NCBI GenBank assembly: GCA_002390205.1
Contig: DGOV01000019.1
Location: forward strand, 11,802 to 75,801
Direction of reading: 5' to 3'
From: Proteobacteria bacterium UBA4457
Lineage (GTDB): Bacteria > Pseudomonadota > Gammaproteobacteria > Ga0077536
Length of the DNA stretch: 64,000 nucleotides
The notes below the pieces were generated by a model. The model did not search any database and had not been told where the DNA came from. It worked only from the letters and a program-made list of their open reading frames with translations. Position 1 is the first letter of the stretch, and the number at the start of each line of letters is the position of its first letter. The position numbers were made by a program, and so were the translations under genes. Positions 19,585 to 28,996 of the stretch are shown piece by piece.

Positions 19585-21690
19585 TCAGGTATTGGGGTTG
19601 ATCACAAAGTTTCTAAAAGTGTCCATGCTGATTTCCTGTTTAGGGTGCACAACGATCGACGTGGTTTCTGTTTCGACAACGCAAGGCCCTTCAGCGCTGT
19701 TTCCAGGTTTAAAAAGATAGCCATTAAATATAGGAGTTGTTTCGACAGATTGTTTTTCAGCCCAATAGATATCCCTGGTCCCAGTTTTGGCGTCCGCGGG
19801 GAGAGGCTCTAATGTTAAAGAAAACTCTTTAAGTTTAGGTTTTAATGATAGAGCAGATGAGCGGCACCTCGCCGTTACGATTTCTAGTCGAGCATCATGC
19901 ATTGCAGAGCCACGGCCGTATAGTTGCTCGTACCGAGCTACGAACTTCTCTCTTAACGCCTCAAGTGCTTTCTCATCGAGTATTCCACTATCTATAAACA
20001 CTTCGACTTCATTAATTTGGCCACGATGTCTCATGTCCAATGAATATTGAAACTGATGCTTCGCCTGTTCTATACCATCGCTCTGCAACTGTTGGCTTCC
20101 TTTCAAAGACAACCCGTTCAGAATCTTGTTGATTTCGGTTAAGTTGAATGGAGATGAAATAATTTTCGCTTGTTCTCCAACATGGAGAATATCTGCGGAG
20201 GCTGCTCCAAATGCGCACCAGACCGCCGCAGTATCGCCTTGTGGGACTATGACCTTGTCAACTCCTAGCTCCCGTGCAGCGACGCCCATATGTACAGGAC
20301 CTGCGCCACCAAAAGCGAACACTACAAATTCTCGTGGGTCTAGGCCTTTTTGTACGGTCACTTTACGAATTAGATCTGCCATCTGGAATTCAGCGATAGT
20401 AGCAACGCCGCTGGCAAGCTCAAAAAGTGTCATTTCGAGTTCATCTGCTATCTTTTGTAGAGCCTCAGTTGCCGCTTTATGGTCCAGTTTAATCGTTCCT
20501 GCTGCAAAGTTATTGGGGTCGAGATAGCCTAGAACAAGATCAGCGTCAGTCGTTGTCGGAGTCGTTCCTCCTTTCCCATAGCATACTGGTCCTGGATCCG
20601 CTCCAGCACTATTGGGACCTACCCGAAGAGAATTTGTTGTCTGATCTATCCAAACTTTACTGCCACCTCCAGTACCTAATGTTTGGACATCAACTTTGGG
20701 TAGAAAATATTCATACTGATTAACTGTGCTTTTATAAGAGACTACAGGACTGCCATTGTGTATCACACCGACATCAAAGGAGGTGCCGCCGAGATCAGTG
20801 GTAATTACGTTGGGATAGCCCATCAAGCCACCTAGGAAAACAGAGCCTGTGACTCCTGATACAGGTCCTGAATCGAGGGTTAGTAAAGGAGCCTCCTGTG
20901 CTTTTGGCACAGTAATTGTCCCTCCAGCACAATGTGTTATCTGCAGTGGAGGTTTATAACCCATTTCTTTTAGCTGTTTATCTAAGCGAGTAATGTACCC
21001 GACAGTAATAGGTCCAATGTATGCATTAAGAGCGACAGCGGTAGTGCGTTCGTACTCACCCCATTTCGGAGCTAAATCGGTAGAGCACGTAACGTACATT
21101 TCTGGAGCTATTTCATGAGCGATGGCCTTGATCCTTTGCTCATGTTTCGGTTCGAGAAAAGACCAGAGACAGCAGACGGCTAATGCGTCGCATCCCGCAT
21201 CTTGAAGTTCTCTGATTGCGGTTTCTACTTCTAGTTCATTTAACTCAACGACAATTTTTCCAAAGCAGTCGACTCGTTCAGACACTCCGCGAATCAATCT
21301 TTTAGGAATCAGAGGTTTAGGCTTACTGCTTTCAGGGATATGGACAATTAACTTGATATCTTGGCCTGCAAGCCCTCGAGAGCCTCGCATAATATGAATA
21401 ACATCGTTATGGCCTTTTGTTGTAATGAGCCCAACTTTAGCTCCCCGTCTTTGAATTATGGTGTTAGTTCCTACTGTAGTTCCGTGAGCTAACACGTTAA
21501 TTGAGTCAAGAAGATCCGGGGTTGAGAGGCCAATTTTTACGGCAGCTCTTTCTATCGCATTCAATACACCAACTGCAAAATCAGATGGTGTAGAAGGTGA
21601 TTTTGCGATTGTGAGATCGCCATGTTCGTTTATGAGCACGCAATCTGTAAAAGTTCCGCCTATATCTAGACCGCAAATATAAGAGCTCAA
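19585..21690 (-). CDS. Hydantoinase A/oxoprolinase-family ATP-binding subunit
   Basis: DIGGTFTD, HGTT, EYERT, SGP, DLGGTSFD, SAGADPGPVCYG, FGGAGP; TTG start with GGGGA RBS. Confidence 0.93.
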   Translation of the reverse strand: MSSYICGLDIGGTFTDCVLINEHGDLTIAKSPSTPSDFAVGVLNAIERAAVKIGLSTPDLLDSINVLAHGTTVGTNTIIQRRGAKVGLITTKGHNDVIHIMRGSRGLAGQDIKLIVHIPESSKPKPLIPKRLIRGVSERVDCFGKIVVELNELEVETAIRELQDAGCDALAVCCLWSFLEPKHEQRIKAIAHEIAPEMYVTCSTDLAPKWGEYERTTAVALNAYIGPITVGYITRLDKQLKEMGYKPPLQITHCAGGTITVPKAQEAPLLTLDSGPVSGVTGSVFLGGLMGYPNVITTDLGGTSFDVGVIHNGSPVVSYKSTVNQYEYFLPKVDVQTLGTGGGSKVWIDQTTNSLRVGPNSAGADPGPVCYGKGGTTPTTTDADLVLGYLDPNNFAAGTIKLDHKAATEALQKIADELEMTLFELASGVATIAEFQMADLIRKVTVQKGLDPREFVVFAFGGAGPVHMGVAARELGVDKVIVPQGDTAAVWCAFGAASADILHVGEQAKIISSPFNLTEINKILNGLSLKGSQQLQSDGIEQAKHQFQYSLDMRHRGQINEVEVFIDSGILDEKALEALREKFVARYEQLYGRGSAMHDARLEIVTARCRSSALSLKPKLKEFSLTLEPLPADAKTGTRDIYWAEKQSVETTPIFNGYLFKPGNSAEGPCVVETETTSIVVHPKQEISMDTFRNFVINPNT

Positions 21691-21733
21691 CGCTATTCCC
21701 CTGTTAAAAAGATACCTACTATGAATATTATGT

Positions 21734-21775
21734 ATTTACGCTATATTTGAACGTACGTTCAAATATAGCGTAAAT
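21734..21775. promoter_or_regulatory. Perfect 42-bp palindrome, probable TetR operator in a divergent promoter region
   Basis: ATTTACGCTATATTTGAACGT|ACGTTCAAATATAGCGTAAAT equals its own reverse complement, with no loop. The palindrome is observed directly; the operator role is inferred. Confidence 0.8.
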
Positions 21776-21797
21776 TAGAAATAAAGAGCAACCACCT

Positions 21798-22436
21798 GTG
21801 AACAAAAAAACTGACAAAGCTTCAACACCTCAGCGCATCTTAGACTCAGCTGAGGCCCTGTTTGCCGAAAGCGGCTATGACGGAGTGTCTTTGAGGATGA
21901 TTACTAAGCTTGCTGGAGTAGAGTTGGCTCTGCCAAATTACCATTTTGGTTCTAAGTTAGGACTTTTTCGTGCTGTTATTCAGCGACGCTCTGTAATCCT
22001 CAACAACGAGAGGATGGAAGCTTTGAACGCGCTTTCCGATAAGGCAGAAATCGAAGATTTGATAGAGGCTTTCATTGGTCCGTTTCTTCGGCGAAGTTTA
22101 TTTGGAGGTGAGGGCTGGAGAGACTATGCTCGTGTAGTAGCGCAGATTGCGAACTCACCTCGATGGACGAGCGAGATTATGTCAGCAGAGTTCGATCCGG
22201 TAGCGATTGAGTTTATCCGTCGCATACGAGTGAGGTTCCCTGTTGCTAAGACGGAGGATGTCTATTGGAGTTTTCATTTTCTTCTTGGTGCTATGACCAT
22301 GACATTTGCACAGACTGGTCGCATAGATTTGCTCTCTGGAGACATATGCCATGGCTCTGATTTATCTGAGATACATTTGCGTATGGTTCCATTTTTATCG
22401 GCTGGATTTTGCCGTTTATGTAAAGGTTCTACTTAA
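21798..22436 (+). CDS. TetR/AcrR family regulator (PsrA-like C-terminus)
   Basis: RILDSAEALFAESGYDGVSLR..AGV....YHFGSK HTH; YWSFHFLLGAM. Confidence 0.92.
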   Translation: MNKKTDKASTPQRILDSAEALFAESGYDGVSLRMITKLAGVELALPNYHFGSKLGLFRAVIQRRSVILNNERMEALNALSDKAEIEDLIEAFIGPFLRRSLFGGEGWRDYARVVAQIANSPRWTSEIMSAEFDPVAIEFIRRIRVRFPVAKTEDVYWSFHFLLGAMTMTFAQTGRIDLLSGDICHGSDLSEIHLRMVPFLSAGFCRLCKGST

Positions 22437-22444
22437 GGAGTGAG

Positions 22445-23239
22445 TTGTACGTTATGGGTAATTTGGTTTCGATAACTGATATCACAGTATCTGGAGTAGC
22501 AACGATAATGTTCAATCGTTCCAGTTTTAATAATGCTTATAACGAAGATTTTCTTGATCAGTTTAGTGATTGTATAAAAAGGTTAGATCTTGATAATCAC
22601 GTGAGGATAATTTTGATTAGAGGAGCCGGTCGCCATTTTCAGGCCGGAGCAGACATTCAATGGCTGAAAGAGGTGAGCCTATGTAGTGCTGCTGAAAATC
22701 AGAGAGTCTCAAAAAAGACCGCTGAGACTTTTTGGCAGCTGCGTAATTTGAAGACAGTCACTATTGCTTTAGTGCAGGGTGCATGTATGGGAGGCGGCTG
22801 CGGTATTGTAGCATCTTGCGATATTGTATTAGCTGAGACGACATCAGTTTTTGCCATTAGTGAGGCGCGTTTTGGTATGGTGGCAAATATTATTTTCCCG
22901 CAACTAATTGATGCTATTGGAATACGTCATGCTAAACGTTACGCGCTTACTGGAGAAGATTTCTCGGGAGAAGTTGCCTCAGAAATTGGTTTAGTTAGCG
23001 AGCTGGTCGAGCCTGGAAATTTAGATCAGCATGTGGATAACATAATCTGTAAAATTTTATCCACGGGCCCGAAAACAAGCGCTGTCAGCAAGGACGGGTT
23101 TTTGGCACTGTCCGACAAAAATACGAAATTACTGGATAAACTGATTGCAGGACATTCAGAGAAACGTCTTAGCGGAGAAGCTTTGGAGGGGATTGACAGC
23201 TTTTTACTTAAAGAGCTACCTTTTTGGAGAAATGATTAG
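22445..23239 (+). CDS. Enoyl-CoA hydratase/crotonase (LiuC/AtuE-like); start may be ATG at 22454
   Basis: GRHFQAGAD, GACMGGGCGIVASCD, FAISEARFG, RYALTGE. Confidence 0.85.
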   Translation: MYVMGNLVSITDITVSGVATIMFNRSSFNNAYNEDFLDQFSDCIKRLDLDNHVRIILIRGAGRHFQAGADIQWLKEVSLCSAAENQRVSKKTAETFWQLRNLKTVTIALVQGACMGGGCGIVASCDIVLAETTSVFAISEARFGMVANIIFPQLIDAIGIRHAKRYALTGEDFSGEVASEIGLVSELVEPGNLDQHVDNIICKILSTGPKTSAVSKDGFLALSDKNTKLLDKLIAGHSEKRLSGEALEGIDSFLLKELPFWRND

Positions 23240-23251
23240 AAAAGTAGTTGG

Positions 23252-24001
23252 CTATTGATGAGTAATTGTCACCTTAAGACTTGGCTTTATCGACCATCTG
23301 ATTTTATCTATACGTAGTCCGTTTTTGTCTAGCAGTTGGTTTAAGGTTCCCTTATTGAAATAGTATAAATGTTCTGAGGGTTTGAGCTCATTCCAATGTG
23401 AAAGGACTTTAGGCACTCTCCAGTGCCCTATGTCTGGAGTACCTAGATCTAGAACTCCCTGAGGATGCAAGATCCTTTTCAGTTCTTTTAGAAAGTTATT
23501 TAAGTCAGGGACATGCTCTAGAACATCATAGGCAGAGATAGCATGAAAGTGTCGGCTAGGATAGTGCTGTTCACTAAGCGTTCCTTCCGCGAGATTTTGT
23601 AGGTGCAATGTTTTTTGGCCGTATTCTATTCCGGCTTTTTCAATATCTACACCAAAGGCTTGAAATCCATTGCATGCGGCCGCTTCGACAACAAATCCAG
23701 CAGAGCATCCTACGTCTAACCATCGCCCAGAAATCTCGTATTCTTTTTTAAGTCGCTTCACACGATGAGATGCCCGGCGTTTCTTTTTAGCAGCTTTTTT
23801 TGTATAACCCGCACTATAGTTAGCATCATAGCCTGCTGTGATCTCGCTGAGATAAGGCCGAGGATTTATTAATGTAAGCTCACAATTATGGCACTGAACA
23901 AAGGGTTCACCGGCTTTCTCAAATAAATATTTGAAACTGTTACCTGCGCAGATCGGACACGAAATTTTTTCAAGTTTTTTTTCTATTTTTGGATTATCCA
24001 C
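23252..24001 (-). CDS. Class I SAM-dependent methyltransferase with N-terminal Zn-ribbon
   Basis: CPIC/CHNC; LDVGCSAG; DVLEHVPD; EHLYYF. Confidence 0.88.
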   Translation of the reverse strand: MDNPKIEKKLEKISCPICAGNSFKYLFEKAGEPFVQCHNCELTLINPRPYLSEITAGYDANYSAGYTKKAAKKKRRASHRVKRLKKEYEISGRWLDVGCSAGFVVEAAACNGFQAFGVDIEKAGIEYGQKTLHLQNLAEGTLSEQHYPSRHFHAISAYDVLEHVPDLNNFLKELKRILHPQGVLDLGTPDIGHWRVPKVLSHWNELKPSEHLYYFNKGTLNQLLDKNGLRIDKIRWSIKPSLKVTITHQ

Positions 24002-24104
24002 AGTGATTATTGTATAACTGTTACTTTAAATTATCTCAAGTTTACAAATAATCAGGTATGCATAGCTTTTATCTTTCTGTGCCGCCGTCCTTAAGGGAGA
24101 GAGT

Positions 24105-24914
24105 ATGCGGAGCGATTTCCAAGCGAATGGGATTATTACTCTAACTACAGACTTCGGTCACCGAGGTCCTTTTGTTGGGACCATGAAAGGGGTGATTTAT
24201 AGTAGATTTTTAGATGCGCGGATAGTTGATCTGACTAATGAAGCGCATGTTCATTGGCCTGCAGAGGCTGGGTTCTGGATTGCTCGCTGTTATCATTACT
24301 TTCCTCCGGGGACTGTTCATCTTGGCGTCGTCGATCCGGGTGTTGGTACAGACCGCAGTTTTATTGTTGCATTTGGAGATGGGCACGCCTTTCTCGGCCC
24401 CGATAACGGTTTGTTGGCTGAGGTTGTAGAAAAAACCGGAGCTAATGTCCATTTAATGACCGAAGGTTTGCTCAAAAAGTATCAATTACCTACTGTGAGC
24501 GATACGTTTCATGGTCGAGATATTTTTGCACCCGTTGCTGCAGCTTTAGCATCAAGGGTTCTTACCGAGGTGAATTGTGGACTACTGATAGATAATATCG
24601 TGCCTTCCCTTCTTGAACATCCTCAAATCAGGGGAGGTGTTTTGTCTGGAGTTGTTGTGACTACCGATCACTTCGGGAACTTAATCACAAACATTGAAAA
24701 GAGTGAAATTCAGAATTTTTCCGATCCAGTAGTAAGCATCGGTGGCCATGAAATAAATTTTCAAAGAACTTACAGTAACGTTACTCCAGGAGCCTTCTTG
24801 GCATTATTGAATTCGTCTAATGTTGTAGAAGTGGCGTGTGCTGAGCAAAATGCTTCACAGCTTCTTAGTATGCAGCAAGGAGCTCCTGTTCAAGTTTACG
24901 AGCGTCGGGTCTGA
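24105..24914 (+). CDS. DUF62 SAM hydroxide adenosyltransferase (SAM hydrolase; chlorinase/fluorinase superfamily)
   Basis: TLTTDFG, VVDPGVGTDR, GPDNG, TFHGRDIFAP, DHFGNLITN. Confidence 0.9.
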   Translation: MRSDFQANGIITLTTDFGHRGPFVGTMKGVIYSRFLDARIVDLTNEAHVHWPAEAGFWIARCYHYFPPGTVHLGVVDPGVGTDRSFIVAFGDGHAFLGPDNGLLAEVVEKTGANVHLMTEGLLKKYQLPTVSDTFHGRDIFAPVAAALASRVLTEVNCGLLIDNIVPSLLEHPQIRGGVLSGVVVTTDHFGNLITNIEKSEIQNFSDPVVSIGGHEINFQRTYSNVTPGAFLALLNSSNVVEVACAEQNASQLLSMQQGAPVQVYERRV

Positions 24915-24918
24915 CTTT

Positions 24919-25626
24919 TCATTGGGTGATATCCCGAAGATCAACAAATGTTCCCGTGGGATATTTTCTCAGACCATCTACATGCCTAATAATCTCTCTT
25001 GCGGCGTCCTCTGCGCTTGGCATCAAAGTAGTACCTTGAGCTTCATGTAATGGCTTCACTGAAGGGAATGAATTAGCGTCAACTGCCCTCAATTTCTCCT
25101 GCATTGGTGTATCTACGTAACCTGGAGCCAGTGATATAATATGTGTGTTGATCATTTCCTGAGAGTAAAGTTTCCCCAGCATGTTTAATGAGGATTTGGA
25201 AAGAGCATATGGACCCCATCCGTAATTTGCAGATATTGCCGCACCTGAGGATAGTAAAATAATTTGCTTAGGTGCTATTTTTTTTTCTATAAGCCAATCC
25301 AGAATAACCTTATTTCCCCAAACGTTAGTGTTCATAACGGTTTGAATGTCTTGTTGTGTGATTTTGCTCATCGGTCCTATTGGGCCTAGTGCCGCTGCAT
25401 TAAGAAAAACGGTCTGAGGTTTTCCTGCCAGGATGTCTTGAGCATCGTTTAGAGTCGCTTTCAGAGTAGCCATGTCGGACAAGTCAGCCTCTATTTGAAC
25501 GAAGTCAAGATTACTCCTGTCCAGAGTCCTTCTTGCTATACCCCATACTTGCTTCCCTTTTTTTAGATAGTTCTCTGCAAGGGCTCGTCCGAGCCCACTA
25601 GAGTGACCGGTGATTAAAACACTCAT
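24919..25626 (-). CDS. SDR oxidoreductase (sepiapterin/benzil reductase-like)
   Basis: TGHSSGLG, LNAA, SSGAA, YALSK, APGYVDTPMQ. Confidence 0.85.
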   Translation of the reverse strand: MSVLITGHSSGLGRALAENYLKKGKQVWGIARRTLDRSNLDFVQIEADLSDMATLKATLNDAQDILAGKPQTVFLNAAALGPIGPMSKITQQDIQTVMNTNVWGNKVILDWLIEKKIAPKQIILLSSGAAISANYGWGPYALSKSSLNMLGKLYSQEMINTHIISLAPGYVDTPMQEKLRAVDANSFPSVKPLHEAQGTTLMPSAEDAAREIIRHVDGLRKYPTGTFVDLRDITQ

Positions 25627-25668
25627 TTTAAAGTTTCCTGATGATTCAAAGCTGATTACCCATTACAC

Positions 25669-26859
25669 TTGTATTCTATGGGTATTTACAATGTAAACGA
25701 ACACACTTTACGTTTAAAGACGGGTGTTAAATGGAGTCATTATCAAACCGACGTTTTGCCTGCATGGGTGGCAGATATGGATTTCGAAGTCGCCCAACCA
25801 ATAAAGGCGGCTCTAGCTAATAGAGTTGAGACTTCAGATTACGGTTATCCAGTTGGGCAGCAACAGACTAGTTTGCCTGAGTTGTTCTGCGAACGCGTAA
25901 AGAAAAAGTTCGATTGGGGTGTTAAGAGTGATAGTGTCTTGTTGATCAACGACGTTGTACAAGGACTGTATTTAGGGTTACAGACGTTCTCTCAAAAAGG
26001 GGAAGGGGTGATTGTTCAACCACCCATATATCCACCTTTCCTCCATGCCGTGCAAGAAACTGATCGTCGACTGATTTCAGTCCCTCTTGTTGTAGGGGCC
26101 AATGGATACGGGATAGATTTTGACCGGCTACAATCTTCTATAACGAAAAGCACTCGAGTTTTTATGTTGTGTAATCCGCATAACCCTACAGGGAGATCGT
26201 TCAGTCGACAAGAATTGGAAGAATTAGCTGATTTCTGTTGTAGGAACGATCTACTTATATTATCTGATGAGATACATGCTGACCTGATTTTGAACGACAC
26301 CGATCATATACCTATCGCCAGTCTTGACAGTGAGATTGCTGTCCGCACAGTGACATTAATGTCGGCCAGCAAGGCATTTAATATTGCGGGTTTATGCTTG
26401 GCATTTGCCCACTTTGGGTCGGCTAATCTTCGCAAGAAGTTTGACTCAGTTCCTGGACATACTAGAGGCGGCACAAATAGTCTTAGTGTCGCCGCCGTCC
26501 ATGCTGCGTGGACTCAGGGAGAGGAATGGTTAGCGAATACCTTAGGTATATTGCGAGAAAATAGAGATCTAGTTTCACAATTTGTAGCGTCCAGATGGCC
26601 CGAGGTTATTTATTATCCGCCCGAGGCGACTTACTTGGCTTGGCTGGACATGCGCGCGTTAAAACTAGGCTCAAATCCCTACACGCATATTTTGGAGGAG
26701 GGCAGAGTTGCCCTAGGGAACGGGCTCGACTTCGGTGCTGAAGGTAGCCAGCATGTGAGGTTAAATTTTGCTACGAGCCATGACATTCTCGTAAGTATTC
26801 TTGAGAGGATAGATAAGGTCATTGTTTCTAGTCGAGAGCAGCCGCAAGATGGAGGCTAG
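25669..26859 (+). CDS. PatB/MalY PLP-dependent C-S lyase (cystathionine beta-lyase type)
   Basis: AWVADMDF, CNPHNPTG, SDEIHAD, SASKAFNIAG, EATYLAW, RLNFAT. Confidence 0.9.
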   Translation: MYSMGIYNVNEHTLRLKTGVKWSHYQTDVLPAWVADMDFEVAQPIKAALANRVETSDYGYPVGQQQTSLPELFCERVKKKFDWGVKSDSVLLINDVVQGLYLGLQTFSQKGEGVIVQPPIYPPFLHAVQETDRRLISVPLVVGANGYGIDFDRLQSSITKSTRVFMLCNPHNPTGRSFSRQELEELADFCCRNDLLILSDEIHADLILNDTDHIPIASLDSEIAVRTVTLMSASKAFNIAGLCLAFAHFGSANLRKKFDSVPGHTRGGTNSLSVAAVHAAWTQGEEWLANTLGILRENRDLVSQFVASRWPEVIYYPPEATYLAWLDMRALKLGSNPYTHILEEGRVALGNGLDFGAEGSQHVRLNFATSHDILVSILERIDKVIVSSREQPQDGG

Positions 26860-28289
26860 CGCAAGCTAGAAGCCCAATTTAAGACCTCATCCTCAAACTT
26901 TTTTCCTATGCCGTCATTCACGATAAAAGAATTCACAATGCAGACGACAGTAAAAACCTTATTTCCTTGATGGATATAACCAGCTATGGCTGAGACGTCA
27001 TCTAAGCTGCCTGTTTTTACCCGCATTGTAGTTTTTGAAGTGCCAGATAAAGAACGCTTTGCAGCAGTGCCATCATATCCGAGAATAGATAAAGAAGAGA
27101 CAAATTCGCTCGCATTCTTATCATTCCAGGCGGCACGTAGGATTTGGGTGATTGCATTACCCGATGCTCTAACATTTCGAGAAAGTCCGGAGCCGTTAAT
27201 AATAGTTAATGCTGTTTTTGGAATGTTGTAGTTTTCGAGCTCTTCAGTAATAACTTTGATACCTCTTGCTCGAGTGGCATGCGCACCGTCGGGAGACACT
27301 CCCAAAGTATAAATTAGTGATCTTGCCATTTGATTATTACTCCATTTATTCATAGCAGTAATAATGTCAGCTAGCGCCGGAGAATCATGGCTATAGAGGA
27401 GAGTATGTTCTTTAGTAAGGACAGTTCTGCCGACATTTCCGTCAATTTGTGCTCCCCACTGGTTCCAGATCATTTTAAAGCTGTTGAAAAAATAACGGTC
27501 TCGAGACATCAGGTTTCTAGAAACGCTATAGTCTTTGCATGATAAGGGCATTTCGCCGCGTGCTTTTATATGTGTCTCGTTTTCAATAGTAATAGAATCG
27601 ATTTTAATATTTGGCATTTTTCCGATGCATGACCCATTAATTAATTGAACAGAGTTATTTAGCTTGATGTTTTCGATAGGTGGCCAGTAACTTGCAGTTA
27701 TCTTCGTATTATTATTTTTTGCTGAGAACGTTAGATCTAGTGCGTTAAAGTTTAGTGTGAGCGCATTTGGTAAGTTGTTATATATATGCGTCCCATCCCC
27801 ATCAAAAGCGTAAGGATCAATTTCATCAGTAATGAAGTATGTATCGTCTAATAGCAGCTGTCCCGTTATCTTTTTTAGACCATTCCGGTTTAATTTCCCT
27901 AGTATCGACCAGAGATCTTGGTTGGTCAGATATGGATCTCCATATCCTTTTATTACTAAGTCGCCATGTAAAACACCATCTTTAATTTCTCCTGCGGTAT
28001 AGAATTCCGTTTTCCATTTGTATGATGGGCCTAGACGTTTCAACGCGACCCAGGAAGTGATCAGCTTTGCCAGAGACGCTGGGTTACGCAGTGCATCGGG
28101 GTTGAGTGACAATCGCGCTTCATTTTCATCAATCGCTTGCACAATCAGGCTGACATCGTTTTGATCTATTTGGTAATGTGTTAGCGCCTGTTCAATTTTG
28201 ATGGGAAAGCTACCAGATGCTATCGACCTTGCTGCCACGAATAGAAGTATTACAATTGTAGACAGCTTTAGCAGGAGAGAATGAGTCAT
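26856..28289 (-). CDS. dacB: D-Ala-D-Ala carboxypeptidase/endopeptidase PBP4
   Basis: PASLAK (SxxK), GDP, SNN, GSGLSR, KTG. Confidence 0.92.
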   Translation of the reverse strand: MTHSLLLKLSTIVILLFVAARSIASGSFPIKIEQALTHYQIDQNDVSLIVQAIDENEARLSLNPDALRNPASLAKLITSWVALKRLGPSYKWKTEFYTAGEIKDGVLHGDLVIKGYGDPYLTNQDLWSILGKLNRNGLKKITGQLLLDDTYFITDEIDPYAFDGDGTHIYNNLPNALTLNFNALDLTFSAKNNNTKITASYWPPIENIKLNNSVQLINGSCIGKMPNIKIDSITIENETHIKARGEMPLSCKDYSVSRNLMSRDRYFFNSFKMIWNQWGAQIDGNVGRTVLTKEHTLLYSHDSPALADIITAMNKWSNNQMARSLIYTLGVSPDGAHATRARGIKVITEELENYNIPKTALTIINGSGLSRNVRASGNAITQILRAAWNDKNASEFVSSLSILGYDGTAAKRSLSGTSKTTMRVKTGSLDDVSAIAGYIHQGNKVFTVVCIVNSFIVNDGIGKKFEDEVLNWASSLR

Positions 28290-28322
28290 TATTAGTCTGG
28301 TATCTCCTCTTTCTCTGTCATT

Positions 28323-28916
28323 TTACTGTGCTGAAGGTTCTCTATTTCTGGAGTGGTACTCGCAGTTTGGTTGCATATCCACAGCCGCTGCCACACGGTT
28401 TGTCATATTGTAAAAAGCCGCGACATTAGCTATATCCCAGATCTCTTTCTCATCAAACCCAGCGTCTCTGAGTTGCTGCCTATCTTCCTCAACTATTGTA
28501 CTGCTATCTTGTGTCAGTTTGGCCGCAAAGTCGAGCATGGCGATGTGGCGATCAGAAAGCTCGGCCGCACGATAGTTCATCACCATTTGCTCACCAAGTA
28601 TTGGATCTCCCGAGTACTGCCGAACTGCTTGCCCATGAGCGGTGAGGCAGTAGTAGCAATGATTCATCGAGGACACAACGACTGCAATCATTTCCCGTTC
28701 TAGCGTCTCTAAGCCAGTCTTTGCGAACATGATTTCGTTATAAAAGCGCGAGAATGTTCTTAGTTGTTCTGGTTCATGAGAATAGGCAGCTAGGACATTA
28801 GGGATTAGACCAAGTTTCGCTTCGCAAACAGCGAATAGCTTCTGTAAATCCTCGGGGAGTCTGTCTCGATCAGGAAGCTCTATATCTAACGCTATAATTT
28901 TCGGATCGGTGCTCAT
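28323..28916 (-). CDS. AhpD-like peroxidase-related enzyme
   Basis: KLGLIPNV, EREMIAVVVS, CYYCLTAH, NMTNR. Confidence 0.9.
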   Translation of the reverse strand: MSTDPKIIALDIELPDRDRLPEDLQKLFAVCEAKLGLIPNVLAAYSHEPEQLRTFSRFYNEIMFAKTGLETLEREMIAVVVSSMNHCYYCLTAHGQAVRQYSGDPILGEQMVMNYRAAELSDRHIAMLDFAAKLTQDSSTIVEEDRQQLRDAGFDEKEIWDIANVAAFYNMTNRVAAAVDMQPNCEYHSRNREPSAQ

Positions 28917-28996
28917 TTTTTCTCCTTTTATTACTTGCTAACTGATTCTATTAAAAATAATTTTAGTTTTTCTGATAGTGTTGAGAATGGACTCAA

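Noticed and set aside
24105..24914. Possible SAM-dependent chlorinase/fluorinase
   Set aside because: Has DPGVG..R and TFHGRD hydrolase residues rather than the Tyr-containing halogenase motifs, and no biosynthetic cluster is nearby
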